Made by a program: the position numbers and the translations under genes. Under the pieces are notes generated by a model. That model made no database searches. It was not told the DNA's origin and saw only the letters and a program-made list of their open reading frames with translations. A stretch of DNA of 64,000 bases from sequence record PP355090.1. One strand, written 5' to 3'. The DNA is from Escherichia phage 232Ecol030PP. Below, in pieces: positions 60,039-64,000 of this stretch (the stretch's first letter is position 1; every line of letters starts with the position of its first letter).

Positions 60039-61498
60039 AAACCAGTTACCTCATGAAAATCACCAAATACATCCTCGAATGTATTAGCTTTAGTTTTATC
60101 TTCACGCAAACGAATCGCAATCGGAAGAAATAATTTAACGTAATCAGTGCGGCCATCAGATTTTAACCAACCGTTGCATTCGCACTCTAGAATTTTTCCA
60201 ATATAATAATTTTGGTTTTCCATAATGCGAGTACGGTCAAGTTCATGCGATTTTACACCGGCTTTATCTTTTAAGCCTGAACCAGCATTTACTTTAATTT
60301 TTCCACACTCTGACTCAAGAATAAATCCACCTGCTTTAGTAGGGTCTTTACGGTGAGGATAAATTCCTACAATTTTTAAATCAACATCAATTACTTCTTT
60401 AAATTTATAGAGATTTTTTGAACGAGCATTTTCCCATAATCCATCGATATTTTTGAGAATAATACCTTCAAGACCTTGGTCAATATACTTTTTATAAATT
60501 ACCTTGGCTTCGTCTAGGTTATTTACTACCTGGTTTTCAATTAAAATTACTTTATCATAGCCTGATGTCATTTGTTCTAGTTTAGAAAAACGTACATCAT
60601 ATTTCAAACGAAATGCAGGAAGACCGTATATTTCTACCAACGGGACATAATCCCAGACCTGAAACTTCATGCATTGAGCTTCTTTTTCAGAAATGGTTCC
60701 CTTTAAAGATTTATTGGCGATGCCATTAGATGCAGTACGTGATTCAGCTACTTCGGCGAATTCTTTAGCTTTACTAATTTCAGGATAAGCATCAAAAAGA
60801 AAATCTAGGCCTTCTGGCTCCTTTTCAACTTGCTCATGGTATACCAATTCGCCATCAATTAACACGCCTTCTGGATGAATCTGGCGGGCTTCAGCGGTCA
60901 TTTTGATTAATTCTTCCTTAAGAAGATCTAATCCTAGATATTCATTACCAGCTCGTGATAAAAGACGAACGTCATCTAATTCATCACCTCTGACTTCGGC
61001 AAAGCACCGAGCTCCATCAGCTTTTAACTGGGCAAAGGCTGGAAATTTGATATTCTTATTAATGCCTTTTTCATCATAAGAACTTGCGAGCATTTGAGGT
61101 TGTTCAGGAATTAAACCTGGCCAAACTTTGTTTGCAATAGATACTGAAGCACCACATTCAAGGTCTCGCATCATCACTCGACGCAAAACTTCAACATCAT
61201 CTTTTTTACCATCAGTGATATATCCAGTTAATTCCTCAATTGCAGCATTTCCAGTCAATTTCCGAGTAGCTAACGTGAATTCAATGAAGTCAAGCATATC
61301 GGTAATAGTCAGCATTCCAAAACTCTGGGTAGCAATACCCGGTTTAGGCCATTTCTTGATATAATACTGTAACCCACGAGAATAAGTCAGACGATATACT
61401 CGTTTAAGCAATTCATTATCTTTATTCTTTTCAAGAATTGCTTGCTTCTGCTTAGTTGAACCAATAGATGCTATTTCGTTCAGAATTTTAAGAATCAT
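60035..61498 (-). CDS. 30: ATP-dependent DNA ligase
   Basis: 487 aa; adenylation motif KADGAR; T4 ligase length. Confidence 0.96.
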   Translation of the reverse strand: MILKILNEIASIGSTKQKQAILEKNKDNELLKRVYRLTYSRGLQYYIKKWPKPGIATQSFGMLTITDMLDFIEFTLATRKLTGNAAIEELTGYITDGKKDDVEVLRRVMMRDLECGASVSIANKVWPGLIPEQPQMLASSYDEKGINKNIKFPAFAQLKADGARCFAEVRGDELDDVRLLSRAGNEYLGLDLLKEELIKMTAEARQIHPEGVLIDGELVYHEQVEKEPEGLDFLFDAYPEISKAKEFAEVAESRTASNGIANKSLKGTISEKEAQCMKFQVWDYVPLVEIYGLPAFRLKYDVRFSKLEQMTSGYDKVILIENQVVNNLDEAKVIYKKYIDQGLEGIILKNIDGLWENARSKNLYKFKEVIDVDLKIVGIYPHRKDPTKAGGFILESECGKIKVNAGSGLKDKAGVKSHELDRTRIMENQNYYIGKILECECNGWLKSDGRTDYVKLFLPIAIRLREDKTKANTFEDVFGDFHEVTGL

Positions 61499-61764
61499 TG
61501 TTCATCCTTTAGAGTTTGGTTTACAGCTCTATTATAAATCAATTCATCATTAAGCTCAGTCAAAGACCTGTGGTACGTGGTTCTAACTTTATTTCCTTGC
61601 ATCCAGTGCTTGACGTAAATGAAACCTTGCTCTACACATTTTTTAAAAATTCGTTCGTCTTTTTGAGCTCGGAATTCTGGATTGCATCTAAAAAATTGAT
61701 TTACGTGACCGTAATCACGTGTAGTATTACCTTCATTTTCATAAATAGTGTGAACAACAAACAT
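61495..61764 (-). CDS. Hypothetical protein
   Basis: 89 aa ORF, 4-nt overlap with gene 30. Confidence 0.65.
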   Translation of the reverse strand: MFVVHTIYENEGNTTRDYGHVNQFFRCNPEFRAQKDERIFKKCVEQGFIYVKHWMQGNKVRTTYHRSLTELNDELIYNRAVNQTLKDEQ

Positions 61765-61976
61765 TAGAATGCTCCTTGGAAAATATTATCACCACTAGTA
61801 AATCTATTAAAATATCCTGCATCACCAGGCTTAGTATAACTCCACGTATGGAATGGATTCATATGATACGGGTGTGTATAATATGGATTATATGGATGTG
61901 TATAATATGGATTATACGGATTAAATCCAGGAGTTCTCCAGGTAGTGTTCCAACGAAAAGAATCGTTTTTAACCAT
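61764..61976 (-). CDS. Hypothetical Tyr/Pro-rich small protein with internal 8-aa tandem repeat
   Basis: 70 aa; YNPYYTHP repeated twice, encoded by a 24-bp tandem repeat. Confidence 0.55.
   Translation of the reverse strand: MVKNDSFRWNTTWRTPGFNPYNPYYTHPYNPYYTHPYHMNPFHTWSYTKPGDAGYFNRFTSGDNIFQGAF
61871..61918. repeat. 24-bp tandem repeat x2 (22/24 identical) inside the small ORF
   Basis: ggtgtgtataatatggattatatg / gatgtgtataatatggattatacg. Confidence 0.8.
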
Positions 61977-61993
61977 CTTCTCAATTACATCTT

Positions 61994-62626
61994 TTATAGC
62001 TTTTTCACTATCAAAACTTTCTTTATTTTCCTTCGGTGAAAAAGCTTATTTTCTACATCATTCCATGTATAAACTCGCTGCGCAGTTTTTGGAATATTGT
62101 CACGCTCTCCTCGAGCCATCCAATAAACAGGAACATTTAATATTTCACTCGCATGATCGCAGTGGTGGGCGAGATCGTCAATATAACAAATTACATTATA
62201 TTTCTCTTTTGCCTTTTTGAATAACTCTTCTTTTGAAGAATCATGACCACACATCATTACTTCTGAGAAGGCACCAGGAAAAAGAGCATTCAAATTAAAT
62301 TGACGATTCAGCAGAGCGTCAATAGAATCACCCAATGCTGTAACAGCTACAAAATTATAATCTTCTTTTAGTTTGTTAATTACGCACAGGGCATCTTTAT
62401 ATGGAGACAGGTAACGAATAAAATCTGATCGATTGTATTTTTCAATTAGCTTGACACCAAGTTCTTCATCACAATTAAAGAGTTTACCCGGAGAAATAAA
62501 TTTCTCATCTTGGATCATTTTTAAAATATGTTCTAACGGAAGATTATATTTCTGAGCAAAATAAGGAAGACCTGATTGCCAGCTTAAACATACTCCATCA
62601 ATATCAGTTAAAATAGTAGGCTTCAT
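61994..62626 (-). CDS. HAD-superfamily hydrolase-like protein
   Basis: 210 aa; N-terminal LTDIDGV (DxDG motif I) and later CYIDDL aspartates. Confidence 0.6.
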   Translation of the reverse strand: MKPTILTDIDGVCLSWQSGLPYFAQKYNLPLEHILKMIQDEKFISPGKLFNCDEELGVKLIEKYNRSDFIRYLSPYKDALCVINKLKEDYNFVAVTALGDSIDALLNRQFNLNALFPGAFSEVMMCGHDSSKEELFKKAKEKYNVICYIDDLAHHCDHASEILNVPVYWMARGERDNIPKTAQRVYTWNDVENKLFHRRKIKKVLIVKKL

Positions 62627-63087
62627 AGAGAGTCTCTTAATAGGTTTAACACATCAATAAATTCAGCTTCGGTTAGTATTGTATCATCTTTTGTTAGACC
62701 ACTAGCCATGCTGTGCTTCAAAACTTTTCCTTTCGAGGCTTGTAATGCATCGCGAAAGCCCCTGTTTTGGAACGCTGCTTCAAAATATGCATTTGTGTAT
62801 AATTCTTTCCACGCTGGAGAGTATCTTGAAAACGGAACTCCAAGCCAGAAGAGGGTCCCACGGTCCTGAGCTCTAGCATAAGACCTTCCAGCTTGTTGGG
62901 CGGCAAGCCCGGATAACCCAAATATACGACGTTGCTGTTCAATATTTTTCACCTTACACCCTTGGAGGAATCCTTCGAGACCTCCAAATTGGATACCATC
63001 CATAACAAAAGGCCATTGGGCGAAATTACTTAATGCGCATGATGGCCATCTAAAATTGCTTCTAATCTCTAACTCAGACATTTTCAA
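62623..63087 (-). CDS. NADAR (YbiA/DUF1768)-like protein
   Basis: 154 aa; motif block SNFAQWPFVMDGIQFGGLEGFLQGCK resembles the YbiA core DFSNFAAWPIKVDGKTWPTSEHYFQAQK. Confidence 0.6.
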   Translation of the reverse strand: MKMSELEIRSNFRWPSCALSNFAQWPFVMDGIQFGGLEGFLQGCKVKNIEQQRRIFGLSGLAAQQAGRSYARAQDRGTLFWLGVPFSRYSPAWKELYTNAYFEAAFQNRGFRDALQASKGKVLKHSMASGLTKDDTILTEAEFIDVLNLLRDSL

Positions 63088-63280
63088 TACTTATAATTTC
63101 AACATCAGCCCAATGACCATAGCAAGGAAGACGAAATTCAACTGGCCAGTTAGGGTCCTTTTTTAATATAATAGACTTAACTTGTGGTTCTTCGTGTTCA
63201 TCAGTATATGGATTTTTATCTGTTACTTTATATGTGACCTTAATGTACTGAATTCCAAAAATCTTATTAATTATATTCAT
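63074..63280 (-). CDS. Hypothetical protein
   Basis: 68 aa ORF, overlapping upstream and downstream ORFs. Confidence 0.55.
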   Translation of the reverse strand: MNIINKIFGIQYIKVTYKVTDKNPYTDEHEEPQVKSIILKKDPNWPVEFRLPCYGHWADVEIISIENV

Positions 63281-63474
63281 ACTAATTCCTTTAATCCGTA
63301 GATAGGAGATAATTCATCACCCATACGAAGGTCTTCATTTCCATCTACCCAGGAAACAATATAAGCCTCTTTTATTTGAATACCACTCCATTTAAATGGA
63401 GGTAGAACCTTAGAAATTAATCCAGGTATACCAACTCCCTTTAATTCAACAGTTTGACCTAAAAAGAATTTCAT
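63277..63474 (-). CDS. Hypothetical protein
   Basis: 65 aa ORF. Confidence 0.55.
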   Translation of the reverse strand: MKFFLGQTVELKGVGIPGLISKVLPPFKWSGIQIKEAYIVSWVDGNEDLRMGDELSPIYGLKELV

Positions 63475-63761
63475 TAAAACCTCATCTGAAAACCGTGCGA
63501 TTTAACATTACCGCCATTAATATCAGAACTATTAATTTCACGTGCAATTGAGGGATCAATGTCAATTTCGCGATTGAGTTTAGTGATAGCTAAAGTATCG
63601 CGCCCATTTACAGTACGGAACTCTAAAGGGCAGACTACATTAACGTAGTTTTTAATCGATTCACTGGTAGGTTGCAAATGTGCAGGAAGGTCTTTAGGCG
63701 CCTTTGAGAAAACTACTTCGCAGAAGTTTTTACGGGTATCAAAATAAGTAGTCATAAACAT
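63474..63761 (-). CDS. Hypothetical protein
   Basis: ORF track 63474..63812; start moved to internal MFMTTYF because the upstream extension reads through hairpin GGGGCTTTGGCCCC and an RBS-like GAGGAAAA precedes the internal ATG. Confidence 0.5.
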   Translation of the reverse strand: MFMTTYFDTRKNFCEVVFSKAPKDLPAHLQPTSESIKNYVNVVCPLEFRTVNGRDTLAITKLNREIDIDPSIAREINSSDINGGNVKSHGFQMRF

Positions 63762-63801
63762 AACATTTTCCTCAGTAAGGGGCCAAAGCCCCTCATTTAT
63801 T

Positions 63802-63996
63802 TTAAATATCAAATTCGTTAAGAACTACATCAAAGATTGCTTCAAGATGCTCAGGTTTAGCTCTGTTACTCAGAATATGACGAATCCAAGTTTTAACCAA
63901 AAGCTTGCGATTAACGCCATTCCAGCAAGGATGAGTCCCTAAATCGCGTTCACGGAAATCATCATCCAGAGCGATTTTAAAGTTGGAACCTTCCAT
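63802..63996 (-). CDS. Hypothetical protein (near window edge)
   Basis: 64 aa ORF; start codon 4 nt from the window end. Confidence 0.45.
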   Translation of the reverse strand: MEGSNFKIALDDDFRERDLGTHPCWNGVNRKLLVKTWIRHILSNRAKPEHLEAIFDVVLNEFDI

Positions 63997-64000
63997 CGTG

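Noticed and set aside
63762-63812. N-terminal 17-codon extension of ORF 63474..63812
   Set aside because: The extension reads through the hairpin GGGGCTTTGGCCCC, and a better RBS precedes the internal ATG, so the shorter start was preferred.

Overview
This window is a contiguous segment of a T4-like (Tequatrovirus-type) myovirus genome; it is close to T4 but not identical. All calls are from reading the sequence and the supplied ORF translations, with no database search run. From the left: the 3' part of denV, lysozyme e, nudE and a run of small accessory genes on the minus strand; a minus-strand array of 10 tRNA genes followed by a structured RNA region; a small internal-protein-like locus; then the conserved late morphogenesis block (57B, 57A, 1, 3, 2, 4 on minus; 53, 5, 5.1, 5.4, 6-12, wac, 13-24 on plus), rnlB, hoc, inh, uvsW, uvsY, baseplate hub genes 25-26-51-27-28-29-48-54, two tandem alt-type ADP-ribosyltransferase genes, DNA ligase (30) and small downstream genes including a NADAR-like and a HAD-like protein. 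Many TATAAATA late promoters, GTTTAC-type early-like promoters and GC-rich hairpin terminators punctuate the map. Most worth a second look: a hypervariable locus of small proteins with capsid-targeting-like N-termini, a perfect 141-bp tandem duplication at the gene 8/9 junction, an internal Ig-domain duplication in hoc, two tRNAs (Tyr, Asn) beyond the eight I recall for T4, tandem alt paralogs, and the NADAR-like gene. No CRISPR array or mobile element was seen.
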